NCBI RefSeq assembly: GCF_009914755.1
Contig: NC_060935.1
Source: the human T2T-CHM13v2.0 reference genome, Homo sapiens
Direction: 5' to 3' (one strand)
DNA length: 64,000 nucleotides
Notes under the pieces: model-generated
Seen by the model: only the letters and a program-made list of their open reading frames with translations
Told to the model about the DNA's origin: nothing
Databases searched by the model: none
Position numbers and translations under genes: made by a program
Shown here: in pieces, positions 1 to 26,806 of the stretch
Position numbering within the stretch: the stretch's first letter is position 1
Layout: each line of letters starts with the position of its first letter

Positions 1-695
1 GCGGCTGAGGGTCGGGCCGTTCGTTACCACCGCACAGCCTGGCTCATCCTGGCTGACTCGGGGCAGTGCTGCCCGGGCCAGGCGGAGCAGGGAGGACGTG
101 GTGGGGTGTTTGGAAGGCGGAGCAAGAACCTAATAAATGTGAGCCCTGGACTCTGAGGCCGGGCAGCGAATGTTCTGCGGGTGCTGTCTGCGGCCGGATG
201 TGGGTTTTGGCATCATGAGCTCAGGAGAGAACTGGCCGGTGGGTGAGCAGGTGCGAAAGGAAACCGAGAAAACCCGGGGGGTACTTTGTGGGTTAAAAGA
301 GGCAACTGCCTTTCCATCCTGACCAGCAGAAGGGAAGACTGCAGAGACCCTCGAATGTCGATCTCAGCGGTTGCGGCTAGGATGGAATCAAGAGCAGGCC
401 ACCGCACCCACTGCTGACAAATCTCCAGGTAGGGTCCGGCCAAGGGAATGGCCCAGGAAAGCCCTTTTATTGCACCAAATGCTCCAAGAAAAAGAGACTA
501 AGGGAGTGATTCATGGTCTCAAGCCTGACCTGATGCCACGTTTTGTGCAGAGAGATTCTAGGGGGAGGGGGCAGTGGGGGCTGAGGACGGCCAAGGAAGG
601 AAATGCAGCAAAGCCAAGAGCAGGGAGGACGAGCAGGTGTGACTCTGGAACAGGGACCTGACTAAATCAGACTGAAGTTTAAAAAGCTGATTTAC

Positions 696-978
696 GCCGG
701 GTGCTGTGGCTCACGCCTGTAATCTCAGCACTTTGGGAAGTTGAGGCGGGCGGATCACTTGAGCCCAGGAGTTCACGACCAGCCTGGGCAACATGGTGAG
801 ACCCTGTCTCTACAAAAAGTATGAAAAAATAGCCAGTGGTGGTGGTGCATGCCTGTGGTCCCACCCACTCGGGAGACCGAGGTGGGAGGATCGCTCGAGC
901 CCAGGAGGTCGAGGCTGCACTGAGTGTTGATTGGTCACGTCGCTGCACTCCAGCCTGGGTGACAGAGCCAGACCCTGC
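696..978 (+). mobile_element. Older Alu whose 3' end/tail (1641-1677) has been displaced by an LTR7 insertion
   Basis: Alu consensus from GCCGGGTGCTGTGGCTCAC to GACAGAGCCAGACCCTGC; CTCAAAAAAAG resumes after the LTR. Confidence 0.85.
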
Positions 979-1640
<662 letters not shown>

Positions 1641-2846
1641 GCTGCCTCAAAAAAAGAAAAAGAAAAAGAAAAAAAAGTTGATCAAAGATTTGAAAGAGTT
1701 GCACTGTCCTAAAAACACAGGCTGGATCCAAAGAGATCATGACAACTTGAGACTCAAAGTAGCCCTTGGGCCCCCCATGTCTCTATAGGCAAGAAAGGAG
1801 CTGAGGAAGCCACTCAACTCTCCAGCACCCACCCTGTGCGGCCACGGAGGACCGTGGGGATGGGAAGTGTCCCCTCCACCGAGCACAGCCCTCATCTCTT
1901 CCCGGAAGTTGCTCCCCGGCGTCAGCGTCCTCACCCAGCCACACCTGGGACTTTGGAGTTGCTGCAGAGCATGACTGCTGGGATCTGCCTTCTTCCCTTC
2001 CAAACCGTCGAAGCCCCTGTCCCTGCTCCTTGGTTGAATACTGGGGGCGTGGGCAGAAAACTCTTCATCTTTTTAATTCAGGACCCTCCAGCTTGGGAGG
2101 AGACACAGCTAGGCTGGATGCGGCAACTTGTGTACTTTTGACCTTCATGTAGCTGGAGGACACCGGGTTGCCCTTGAGGAAGCAGGTGTATTTTGCCTGC
2201 AGGAAGGGCAGTCTTCTGAGTACCTCGCAGGTGTCTGGATGTGGTGCGCATTAGTGCTGTTCATCAGACACCTTCAGCTGTCCTCTGGGCAGATGGCAGG
2301 GTTGTGTCTTCCTGTGGAGTTCCTTCCTTTCGCCTCAGTGACCACGGAGACGCATGTCGAGGTGTGACCTCGCCTGGGCCTCTGCATGAGGGTGGGGAGC
2401 AGAGTCCTCCTTAGTGGGAGTGGAGCGTGCACAGGACGTAATTACGTGGGGCCATTTGTTACGCAGCCTAACACAGCCTGTCCTGGCTGATGCAGATGGC
2501 CATTGCAGCAGTCATCTGCAGGTCCTCAGCTTAGTCTCACCCTCACTGGAGATCTTAGCCTTGGCCTCACAGGTGCTCCAGACCTTTTCCTGGCAGAATT
2601 TTGGTGACTTCAGAAATATGATGACTGCTGAACCCACTTCTCCCAGCATTTCTATTTGTGGTTGCCTGGTGTATTTAAAGTCTGTGTTGATGGGTGCATA
2701 TATTTTTAACGTTTCCCTATTGTGAAATTTAATAAATTTACAGCAAAATGTATAAAATACGAAAGTAAAAAACTATCACCCTAGTCAAAAAATGGTGCAT
2801 TACCCATCCCCGAGAAGATGCCTGCCTGTCCCTGCCCAGTCACGAC

Positions 2847-3253
2847 TTTCACTCGCGTCCGTCCATGTGAAGAGACCACCAAACAGGCTTTGTGTCAGCA
2901 ATAAAGCTTTTTAATCACCTGGGCGCAGGCGGGCTGAGTCCAAAAACAGAGCCAGCGAAGGGAGATAGGGGTGGGGCCGTTTTATAGGATTTGGGTGGGT
3001 AAAGGAAAATTACAGTCAAAGGGGGTTGTTCTCTGGCGGGCAGGGGTGGGGGTCACAAGGTGCTCAGTGGGGGAGCTTTTCCAGCCAGCATGAGCCAAGA
3101 GAAGGAATTTCACAAGATAATGTCATCAGTTAAGGCAGGAACAGGCCATTTTCACTTCTTTTGTGATTCTTCACTTGCTTCAGGCCATCTGGGCGTATAT
3201 ACGTGCAGGTCACAGGGGATACGGTGGCTTAGCTTGGGCTCAGAGGCCTGACA
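2847..3253 (-). mobile_element. HERV-H LTR7 solo LTR
   Basis: Reverse complement begins TGTCAGGCCTCTGAGCCCAAGCTAAGCC; near-TSD acgac/accac. Confidence 0.88.
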
Positions 3254-4177
3254 ACCACCCCTCCCATCCCAAAGACCACCACTCCGGACTTCTGTGGTGA
3301 ACACATTCTTGCTTTTTGTCAGGATTTCAACACCCACGTGTGGGTTAAACCAAACCTAATCGAGTGTTGGCTAAACCCAAACACGATGAGTTAGAGCTTC
3401 CAACATCTAAGTTCTTGGACGTCTGCTGATTAGGGTTTTCTATGGAGGCCTCATTATGTAGGGACGATTGCTTAAATCATTCCCCTAAGGACTGACTCAA
3501 TCCAGTCCCTCTCCCCTCCCCACAGGCTGAGGGTGGGGCCGGCAGTTCCAGCCCTCAAATCGCCTGGCAACCAGAGCCCCTTTCCAAAGGCCTCTCACAG
3601 CGTAAACGCAGGTGTGGTTGAGAGGAGCTCTATCTTTACTCCTCATCGCCTCGGAATCACAAGGATGTTAGGGGCTCTGCAGAACCGGGAACGAAGGCCA
3701 AGCCGGTTTTTCTTACTGTATCACCGTATCCATTTCCCATTCCTTGAAAAAATCTTCAAGTTTACCTTTTGTATCCAAAAGCATAGCGAGCACCGCTGCT
3801 TTATTGTCTGGGAATTCCAGCACCCGGAGTTTTTGCTGCCTGTGGCTCCGCTTGTCCCTCGCCCTCACTGTCTTCTCTCTCCACGGTGCCTGTTTATGCT
3901 TCATTGTTGGACACGGAGCGACTTCCAGGCCTGGGGTGTTATCTCCATCAGGGGAGGATTGCCTGCTGATTCCGTCAGGCACCGGGAATCACCCAAGTTC
4001 AGTTTCAGAGAACTTTTCCATATTTCTGGGTCTTTTCTTAAAATGTATCTCTTATTAAATCTGTCTTTTAATTCATATTTATTATAATAATTCTTCTACA
4101 AGGACATTTCTGCCATAGTTTTTATATTTTCTATTTGCCCTACTTTTGGGGTTTTTTTCTTTTGGTGATTATCATGA

Positions 4178-4491
<314 letters not shown>

Positions 4492-4673
4492 ATAACTTTT
4501 CTAAAAATTTATATTTATTCATTCATTCAACAAATACACACACACACACATATACACATTTTTTTCTTAAGATGGAGTTTTGCTGTTGCCTAGGCTGGTC
4601 TCAAACTCCTGGCCTCAGGCTCTCCTCCCGCCATGCCTGGCACCACAAAACTTGTTGAGTCCCTCCTTTTTGT

Positions 4674-5734
4674 TGTTAGGGCTCCAAATGTGATCTTCAA
4701 ATACGGCCCTTTGGCATGTTGAGTACTTGGCTATGGAGGCACTAAGGGCCCCTCAGAAGCAAAAGCCTCTCTGACCTTCTCCTTCCCTCCTATTTCCTGC
4801 CCCATTTTCTCCCCAGTGTGAATCACAGAAACCAGAATTCCTTTTCCCCACAGAAAATAGAACTCCTCTCCCCCAAAGCAGGCCGAAAACCTGGAAGGTC
4901 ACTCTGTCCCTTTCCCTTGGAGGCCTTCCTTCCAAGAGGTCCTGCCCCCATGCGTGGGAGGGAGGAAGGGTCTTTGCAGGGGAGGCTGAGAAGGCTCCCC
5001 CCTCAGCCTTCCCGCTGGCTTGTTCCCGTTTCTGCACAGCTGCACATTCTTCATCTAATCTGAGCATAAAGAGCTTCCCTGGGTCTCTGGGTCTTCTGTG
5101 TCACACACAACTTGGACGCAATAAATGTGCTCTGCTTTCCTCTTGTTAGCTGTGTGTTGTTGAAGAGTGTCGCTGTGACCCTGTGACGGGTGAAGAAAGG
5201 TCTCACAGCCTTTCTGCTCCCACAGTGCCAAGACTTGTTGCACGTGATGAAACAAACCAAAACACCCTAAAATACTGGGGGTTGTTGAGAGGACGAAAGT
5301 TAAAACACAGGGCGATGCTCTGTCCCTCTCTCTGCTTGCCTGATGGCAGGACAGCAAGTTACAAAGACTAAGGGCTTCCTGGCCTCCTCTCTGCCTTTCG
5401 CACCTGAAGACACTTGTATATCAGCTCAGAGACAGAGAGATTCCAGGAGGAGATGTTGCTCTTCCCGTAAAGGTTCCTCCCCACATTTTCCTGCCTTTGT
5501 CTTGTTCCCATAGGATTTATGGCTCATGTTAAAATACTATTTAAGTAAGGCTCCTAAGCCATTGCAGAGAGAGAGAAATACTTTTAACCTGAGGCCTCTC
5601 CCGTGAGACAGGTACAGCAGGCATCAATAAACTGCTGTTGACTTTTCTCATGTTAATCTCACTTTTATTTTCAGGAGACTGTCTCAACTAAGAACCTAGG
5701 AGGGAAAGAACAACGTTGTATCTTCTCCCCTACA
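4674..5734 (+). mobile_element. Two adjacent old ERV1 solo LTRs (MER31/MER67-like)
   Basis: TG...CA-bounded ~500 bp units, each with AATAAA and a similar 3' end; family name from memory. Confidence 0.45.
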
Positions 5735-6299
5735 GTGGTGGGCACACGGTGTGGCCTAGTGCGCTCTTGTGATGGGGGGTCTTAAGACCCACACTGTTCA
5801 TTCGCCCCATTCACTTCCTGGACTTAGCATACCTGGAGCTCCTGGTACCACGCACCCTTTGGCAAACCTTCCCATATCCCTTTGATCTCTCACTCCCTTC
5901 CTGATGGCATTACCCAGATCTTCAGGCTTTGTACAACCATATTTTCCTTCATCTTTGCCCTTTGTATCTACCTTTTTATTGGCAGTGGTTTGTTCCTAAT
6001 AACAGATTTCACAAACACATTTGGTCCCCAGACTTCTCCTGTGGCCTGCAGCGTTTCCTGGATTTCTGTTTTTTGTTTTTGGTATTTTTTTCTTTTTTGA
6101 CTTCCTTCTTCAAGAATGTTTTCAATGCAGATGTGAGGGAGAGACACATTCTGAGGCTTTCTGGAAATATCTTTATTATGCTCTTAGATTTGAATAACAA
6201 TTTGGCTGCATATAAAATTCTAGATTTTTTCCTTCAATTCTGTAAAGTATCACCCTATAATCTTCCTATTTGTGTTAAAATATAAACATAAAATCATGA

Positions 6300-8722
<2,423 letters not shown>

Positions 8723-9902
8723 TATTAACCTTGGTTTCTAGTGAAAACTAGCAAGTAAACACTTGTCAACTTTTTGCATACATACCAACATTCTGCAGAT
8801 TGGCAAATCTGTGAATATACCATGTCATAATTTCTAGAAGTGTGTGTTTCTTTATCATACAATTTTTCAATATGGCACAGGATGTGTTTGCTGGCAGAGA
8901 CAAGTATGTTTAGTACTTCTATAATAAGAAGCCAAAAGTAGACAAGCTTATGTTTAGCAATCAAAGTTTCAGTATTTTATGTTATTCAAAAAAAATAAGG
9001 TTTAAAAAATATCTTTCTAGATAGTCGATGAATAACCATCATTTAATTTAACTTGACTCTAACAGTGCAAGCTACCAAAGAGAATCGGCAAGCTGCTTTT
9101 AAGTAGATGTTTCATAACAGCAGACAAGGCTAGACATCATCAAATTGCTTTTCTTGGTGGCAACTCTTGTAACAGAGATAACATAAGTTTTTGCCTAATA
9201 AACCTAGGTAAAACCAAAGTTGTGTGTCTGCGTTTTATTTAATGCTGACAACTCTAAATATTTCATTAAACCAGAAAAGTTTAAATAGCATTTATTTACC
9301 AACTATAATCTCAGATGACATGAAATTTAAAAAACATTTGGGTTAGTTTCTATATTTCTAAGAGTTTAAGGATAACTCAACTTATATAAGCTCATATTTT
9401 TCTTTAAGCCAATTAAATACCACTTTTTTATAAATTAATTTTGGCAACGCAATCTAGAGTAGGAAAATGTCACGTGTACATGTATACATAGACATACATA
9501 AACATACAGACAGAAGCAGATCATATAGCTTTCTTTTTTTTTTTCACACTCTTCAGACACTAGAGTGTTACAGCTTCATTCTAAAATCTTAGCCACATGC
9601 CAAGCACAGTAATACAAAACACACTGTTTAATACAAGAACAATAGGCTTCAAATCTTGTTTCTGGCACATGGAACAAGTCAAAATTACTTGCCAGATGAT
9701 TAAAGCTTTTATTAATATTTGCGGGAAAGACTTAAGGTTTTTCATTTGCCCAATTTCCATATAGCTCTTTTTTTTTCTTTTCTCATAAGATGGCTTCCCA
9801 AAATTTGCATATCAAAGAGATAACCCTCAGGTGTTTGAGCAGAGTAGAAAATTTACATCTCAAAGGCACAGAACTTAGACTTCAGCCTTAAATATCTTCA
9901 TT

Positions 9903-10340
9903 TGAAGAAGAGAAAAAAAGAAAGAAATGAAAAAAAGAAAGAGAAAGAGAAAAGAAAGAAAGGAAGAGAAAAAAAGAGAAGGAGAAAGAAGGAAGGAAGG
10001 AAGGAAGGGGAAGGGATGGGAAGGGAAGGGAAGGAAAGGAAAGAAAGAAAAAAGCAAGCAAGCAAGAACAAGGAAAGAAAGAAGGAAGGAAGGGAGGGAA
10101 GGGAAGGGAAGGGAAGGAAAGAAGAAAGAAAAAAGCAAGAACAAGGAAAGAAGGAAGGAAGGAAAGAAAGAAAAAAGAAAGAAAGAAAAAGAAAAGGAAG
10201 GAAGGAAAAGGAAAGAGGAGGAAGGAGGGAAGGAAGAAAGGAAGGAAAGGGAAGGGAAGAAGGAAGGAATGAGAAAGAAAGGAAGGAAGGAAAAGGAAAG
10301 GAAAGAAAAGAAAAGAAAAAAGAGAGAGAAAGCAAGCAAA
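9903..10340. repeat. GAAA/GGAA purine-rich low-complexity tract
   Basis: About 435 bp almost entirely A/G on the + strand. Confidence 0.95.
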
Positions 10341-10571
10341 GCGCTAATTAAGCCAAGATGGGGGTCAGAAATGCACGCTAAGTAAAGGTAAGTTTTGTGA
10401 TGTAGATTTAAATCAATGCTTTCTCCATTCTTTTTTTTTGTTGTTTACTTTGTTTTGTTTTGTTTTGTTTTGAGACAGAGTCTTATTTTACAACCCGGCT
10501 GGAGTGCAGTGGTGCGATCATAGCTCACTGCAACCTCAAACTGTTGGTTAAATTTCTTTGTAAAGATGGGG

Positions 10572-11620
<1,049 letters not shown>

Positions 11621-11944
11621 TAATCAAGATGTCAATGTGGTTAAAGAAGGAAGGCCTGGTTGATCTAAAGGCCTAACACGATGAAAGTTTGGCTAACTTT
11701 CTTTTTGCCTCTGGGGTATAAAAGTTACTGAGCAAAAAAGTGAGTAGTTCAGAGCAATCTGGCAGAGCAAGATGGAGAGAAAGAGAGAAGGGCTCATCTG
11801 TGCTGAGTCAGTAGACATGCCCTTTTTCATTGTCAATTAACTGCTTTGGTTTTCTATTTGCCTTTTTCTATGGAGTCTTTTAGAGAGACAACTTGGGATT
11901 CATTTAGTCTTTTAGCAGCCTGTGCATGCCAATCAAAAAATCAT

Positions 11945-17820
<5,876 letters not shown>

Positions 17821-18585
17821 TAAGAATGTCACTTTCTAAAAGGTCTAGGAGCCCCAGGTTATCTTGGGACCCCAAGAGGAGAGGAATTTACTCAACTCAC
17901 AGATATTTGAGGGCAGAAATCCATGGCAGGGCTCAGCTCTAAAAAAGTCTTATCTAAGATTCCTTCTATGGAACAGAGTTCCATCAAAGCCAATTTAAAA
18001 AAAAAGCTTATCTAAAAAATAATTATTCTTGCTGCCCTTTATACAAATAATCAGGCCAAGTGTAATAAAGCAAATTGGTCATACCATGATTTGTCTTTAG
18101 TAAAAATAGGAAACTAGAGAGAAAAAAGTTATATTTCAAGAACTATGGTACATGTGTTATTAAATTCTAGTCTCATCAGTTGTGTTGTTTGCATTTAGTG
18201 AACTTAATATCTGACATGCATTATTTGGACCAAATTTTTAAATTTTTGAAGCTATTTCTATTTTACCAATAATCTTTAAAACTGTCTTTATTTCCCAAAG
18301 ATTAAGTCACATGAACTAAAAAGCATTGCACTTTTAACTTTTCTGACAAAATTTTTTATTTAAGCTCTTATTATTAAACCAATTAATTAAAGCTCTTTTA
18401 TATTCCACACACAACATGTACAAAAACACAGACAAACAGAAGTTAAAGACCCATCCCCTAAGCTGGGAATTGAACCCTGAACCCGGGCCGCCATTATGAT
18501 GGCAGAAACCAAGAGAAAGTACGGCCACGTGGTTACAAGGCCAAGGTCCCAAGGACATGACGGACCAGAGGGAAGCCTCGTCCAG

Positions 18586-18588
<3 letters not shown>

Positions 18589-18617
<29 letters not shown>

Positions 18618-19036
18618 ACACACACACCCCCACACACACCACACACACACCACACACACACCACACGCACACACACACCTCACACACACACACCACACAT
18701 ACCACACACACCCCACACACACAACACACACCCCCCCCACACACACACCACACACACACCACACACAAACACCACACACACACCACACACACACCATACA
18801 CACACACCACACACACACCACACGCACACACACACCTCACACACACACACCACACATACCACACACACCCCACACACACAACACACACCCCCCACACAAA
18901 CACCACACAAACACCACACACACACCATACACACACACCACACACACACACCACATACACACCCACACACACCCCACACACACACACCATACACACACCC
19001 ACACACACACCACACACAACACACACACACACACAC
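18589..19036. repeat. (CA)n/CAC-rich degenerate microsatellite
   Basis: About 450 bp of nearly pure C/A, with an internal duplicated block. Confidence 0.95.
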
Positions 19037-19130
19037 AGAGACAGAAGTCTGACTGGTGAGCAGTTCTTGCACTTGTGCCAGCATGACAGATTTCTGGGTT
19101 TCTTTTCCTGGGGGGCCCTAGTGACCCAAC

Positions 19131-19578
19131 TGTAGCAGGACTAGCTGCAGACAAAACCCCTCAGACACCGAGTTAAAGAAGGGCTTTATTCGGCCGGGAG
19201 CTTTGGCAAGAGTCAAATCTTCAACAGCCGAGCTCCCCGAGTGAGCAATTCCTGTCCCTCTTCAGGGCTCACAACTCTAAGAGGGTCCACGTGAGAGGGT
19301 CGTGATCGATTGAGCAAGCAGGGGGTATGTGACTGGGGGCTGCATGCACCGGTAATCAGAACAGGACGGGACGGGGTTTTCACAGTGCTTTTCTATACAA
19401 TGTCTGGAATCTATAGGTAATATAACCGATTAGATCAGCCAGCGGTCGATCTTTAACTACCAGGCCCAGGGTGTGGCGTTGGGCTGTCTGCTTGTGGATT
19501 TCATTTCTGCCTTTTAACTTCTTTCTCTGGAGGCAGAAATTGGGCATAAGACAATGTGAGGGGTGGTCTCCTCCCTTA
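19131..19578 (-). mobile_element. HERV-E/Harlequin LTR2-family solo LTR
   Basis: Reverse complement begins TAAGGGAGGAGACCACCCCTCACATTGTCTTATGCCC and ends TCCTGCTACA; near-TSD caac/cgac. Confidence 0.8.
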
Positions 19579-20597
19579 CGACTGGCTGTACCACAGCCCT
19601 GGGGGCCAAGCTGCAGCACAAAGGAAGTTACCTCTTTCCGTTCTGGCCAGGGCAAAATACGTGTGAGAAAACAGAGACATCAGCCACTCTGCTTAGCACC
19701 TAACATCACACTGGCAAGGCTCAAACTTGCTCCGGTCATCGTTAATCCAACCTCCAACCACAAGTTTCAACACGTGTTCTCTGGGCAAGTCGGTTGCCCC
19801 AAGTGATAGAAAAGATAAAAAAGAGAAAGGAGAGAGAGAAAAGCATCGCCTGAGGCAGGGTGGGGAAGGCAAAATGCTCAGGGAGGCCAGAGAAAGACCC
19901 GCCCATTGCAGGAACCCTGAGGACTTCAGGCGGCTGCTGTTGGGAAGGGACTTTTTCCGGCAGTCCCATCAGCTCTCAGGTTCCCCTTTTGCGAGAGGAG
20001 AAAGCTCCCCATGTTCCACGATCCTGTACGTGCCTAATCCTGTCACCCACAGCCGTCAGCAGAGAGTGCAAGGCAGATTAACCCAAAGAGAATAGCCGTT
20101 AACGTCCCCTCGTGCCGAACCCGTTCTCAGCCGAGAGGGACTTTTCTGAGAGGGACTTTACTGAGGGGGCTCTCTAAGCCCCTAAATCTTAAAAGGGACC
20201 CTAACCAACCCTCCTAAGGTGGGTCTCTAACCCAAGGTGGGTCAAGCATCCTTGCCTTGTATTAAGAGTGGGCTTTCACCCTCTCTGTCTTAGGACAGAC
20301 CCTAACTCCCCTAAGTGGGCCTCTCACCCAATCCCATCCTTCGCCGGCTACCCCACCACTTACCCAGCGTCGTCCAGTCAGGGCCGAGTCTATTTCCTTT
20401 GGGTCGGGGGCTCCTCCTCAGTATTGTCCCTTCAGGGTTTGCCAGAAAGATGTTACCGGACCCCACTACTTACCCAAAGTTAGCCTTTAGGTCGGGGGTT
20501 TCCGCACTGGAGCCCCTCCTGAGGTCACCAGAGATATGTCACCTACCCAACGCTAGGTTTTGAGTCTGCAGTTTTTCTTCTGTGGTCGCCAGAAAGA

Positions 20598-21460
20598 TGT
20601 TACCGGAAAGGGGTCCCGATCCAGACCCCGAGAGAGGGTTCCTGGATCTCATGCAAGAAAGAAATCAGGGGGAGTCCATAAAGTGAAAGCAAGTTGGCCG
20701 GGCGCGGTGGCTCACGCCTGTAATCCCAGCACTTTGGGAGGCCGAGGCGGGCGGATCACGAGGTCAGGAGATCGAGACCATCCTGGCTAACACGGTGAAA
20801 CCCCGTCTCTACTAAAAATACAAAAAAAAAAAAAATTAGCTGGGCGTGGTGGCGGGCGCCTGTAGTCCCAGCTACGCGGGAGGCTGAGGCAGGAGAATGG
20901 CATGAACCCCGGGGGGCGGAGCCTGCAGTGAGCCGAGATCGCGACACTGCACTCCAGCCTGGGCGACAGCGAGACTCCGTCTCAAAAAAAAAAAAAAGAA
21001 AGCAAGTTAGTTTATTAGGAAAGTAAAGGAATCAAGAATGGCTACTCCATAGACAGAGCGGCCCCGAGAGCTGCGGGCTGCCCATTTTTACGGTTATTTC
21101 TTGATGGTATGCTAAACGAGGGGTGGATAATTCATGCCTCCCCTTTTAGACCATGTAGAGAAACTTCCTGACCTTGCCATGGATCTGTAAACTGTCAGGA
21201 CCTTGGTGGGAGTGTAGCGCTGAGGACGACCAGAGGTCACTCTCGTCACCATCTTGGTTTTGGAGGGCTTTGTCCGGCTTCTTTACTCCAAACTGTTTTA
21301 TCAGCAAGGTCTTTATGACCTGTAGCTATTGCCGACCTCCTATGTCATCCTGTGACTTAGAATGCCTTAACCGTCCGGGGATGCAGCCCAGCAAGTCTCA
21401 GCCTCATCTTACCCAGCTCCTAATCAAGATGGAGTTGCTCTGGTTCACATGCCTCTGACA
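20598..21460 (-). mobile_element. MER41 LTR (MER41A type); 5' LTR of a provirus remnant running leftward; contains an AluY at 20696-20997
   Basis: Reverse complement TGTCAGAGGCATGTGAACCAGAGCAACTCCATCTTG...GACCCCTTTCCGGTAACA, followed by PBS-like TGGCGACCAC; Alu TSD GAAAGCAAGTT. Confidence 0.85.
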
Positions 21461-21628
21461 GAACAGTCTCTGCTGTTTCGCCCTCTGGACCAGCCAGAAC
21501 ATTTCTCTCCCTGTCTCTCCACTCTCCCTGGGATGCCACTAGGTCTCTGCTCCTGAGAGCCAGGGTGTTCACCTTGGAGGCACACGGAGTCCATTTTCCA
21601 CCTTGTGTGACTGTGTGCCTGGTGCTAG

Positions 21629-21980
21629 TGAGGCAGGAAAACAAGGCCTGGAGACAGGGAACATAAGACCGATTCACACCTCAGCTATGACAGGAAATAT
21701 CCTCTCCATAGGGCCTGCACCCAGTAAATGACTTTGTAACTTTACTTCATCCTCTCCATTTACAGAGGGCGTACACCAAGTAACCAACGGAATCCTCTAG
21801 AAGGTATTTAAACTCCCCAAAATTCTGTAACGGGGCCCTTGAGCCCCATGCTCCGGCCGCTCCCACGCTGTGGCGTGTACTTTCCTTTTCAGTAAATCTC
21901 TTCATTCCTTCCTTCCTTTGTGGGTTTTGTCCAGTTCTTTGTTCAAGAAACCAAGAACCTGGGCACCCTCAACAGGTAAT
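21629..21980 (+). mobile_element. MER51-type solo LTR
   Basis: Begins TGAGGCAGGAAAACAAGGCCTGGAGACAGGGAACATAAG; about 350 bp. Confidence 0.6.
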
Positions 21981-22726
21981 GATATGAAATTCATATTCAC
22001 CCAGTGACTCTGAGCCCTTTTTAAAGAAGAGAGACTTTGGGTGTGTTACTTTACCTCTAGAGGGGCTGAAAGGTCCCCCCAGCTGGGAAACGAAGGCCCA
22101 GCCCGAGCTGCTATTGGTGGGCGGCACCCAGGCCATGAGAGCAGAAGACGCTCAGAAAGATCTCTTTCTAAACAAATCAAAGCCCAGTTTTGTTTTTGTT
22201 TTTCTGGCTTTTTGTTTTTTTGTTAAAGCAAAGTATCAGACTGTGAATAGACACCAGTTTCATCTCAGACTCACTGCTGGAGAACCAGCAAATCCCTGTG
22301 TCTGCCCGGCAGGTTCCTATGGAGAACCTTCGACTGGTTTCCAGGGCAGGAAGCCAGGCCCAACTCTGTGGACTGAGCCAGTGAATCGGCCTCAGGCCAG
22401 GCACAGAGCCGGCCCCAGAGGCTGGGGTGAAACACGAGCTGTGAGCTGCAAATCAGAAACAGAGCGACAGGACACTATTTTCATGACGAGGTTCTGGGTT
22501 TTTCCCTGATGTTTGTTTCCTCGGTTTTTTTGTTTGTTTTTCCCTTCCCAGTATTTTTGGACTTGAACTTTAGAACTTCAACTTCTCTGAGGTTTAGCTT
22601 GGCGGGAGGAGGGGGATTAATTACTGTACCGTAATTTCTCCTGGGATACTGGATTTGGGAAAGGGTATATATCCTAATTTGCCATTCTGAATTGGTTGCA
22701 TTTGATTAAAAGCATGACTTCTATCA

Positions 22727-24198
<1,472 letters not shown>

Positions 24199-24639
24199 CT
24201 ATCACATGCCCTGAATAATGGGGTTAAGAACAATTTGGGGTGGAAAACAGGGTAGGAAGGGAACAGATGGCTCAGAACACAGGAAGTTAATTTAACTGCA
24301 GTCCAGGGAGGATGGCATTCTGGAAGCCGAGTCGGCCTGAGGTCTAAGGGGCGGAGGGAACTCCAAGCTTGGCCTGGAGCTCAGGGAAGGGAGCTCGCGT
24401 GGACTTCAGGAGCCCGGTGGGTGCTTCCTGTGCACAAACGGGCAGGGTCTGAGCTCCCACCGTCTGGAAATGCTGCCCAGTGGATTTCAGCCTCATTTTA
24501 CCCAGCTCCCAATCAAGATGGAATTGCTCTGGTTCAAACGCCTAGCTTCGCCAGCTAGGGGGTGAACCGGCCACAGATCCCCGGAGGCCAACAGAAGACA
24601 GAGCCCCTGGGTCAGAGGCAAGGACGGTTGACTTCTCAG

Positions 24640-26806
<2,167 letters not shown>

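Noticed and set aside
9875-10385. Lys/Glu/Arg-rich and Phe/Ser-rich ORFs
   Set aside because: Low-complexity purine tract; likewise 31651-32716 and 46924-47696.
18461-18495. GGGAATTGAACCC, tRNA B-box-like on the minus strand
   Set aside because: No cloverleaf can be formed, and it lies within ERV internal sequence.
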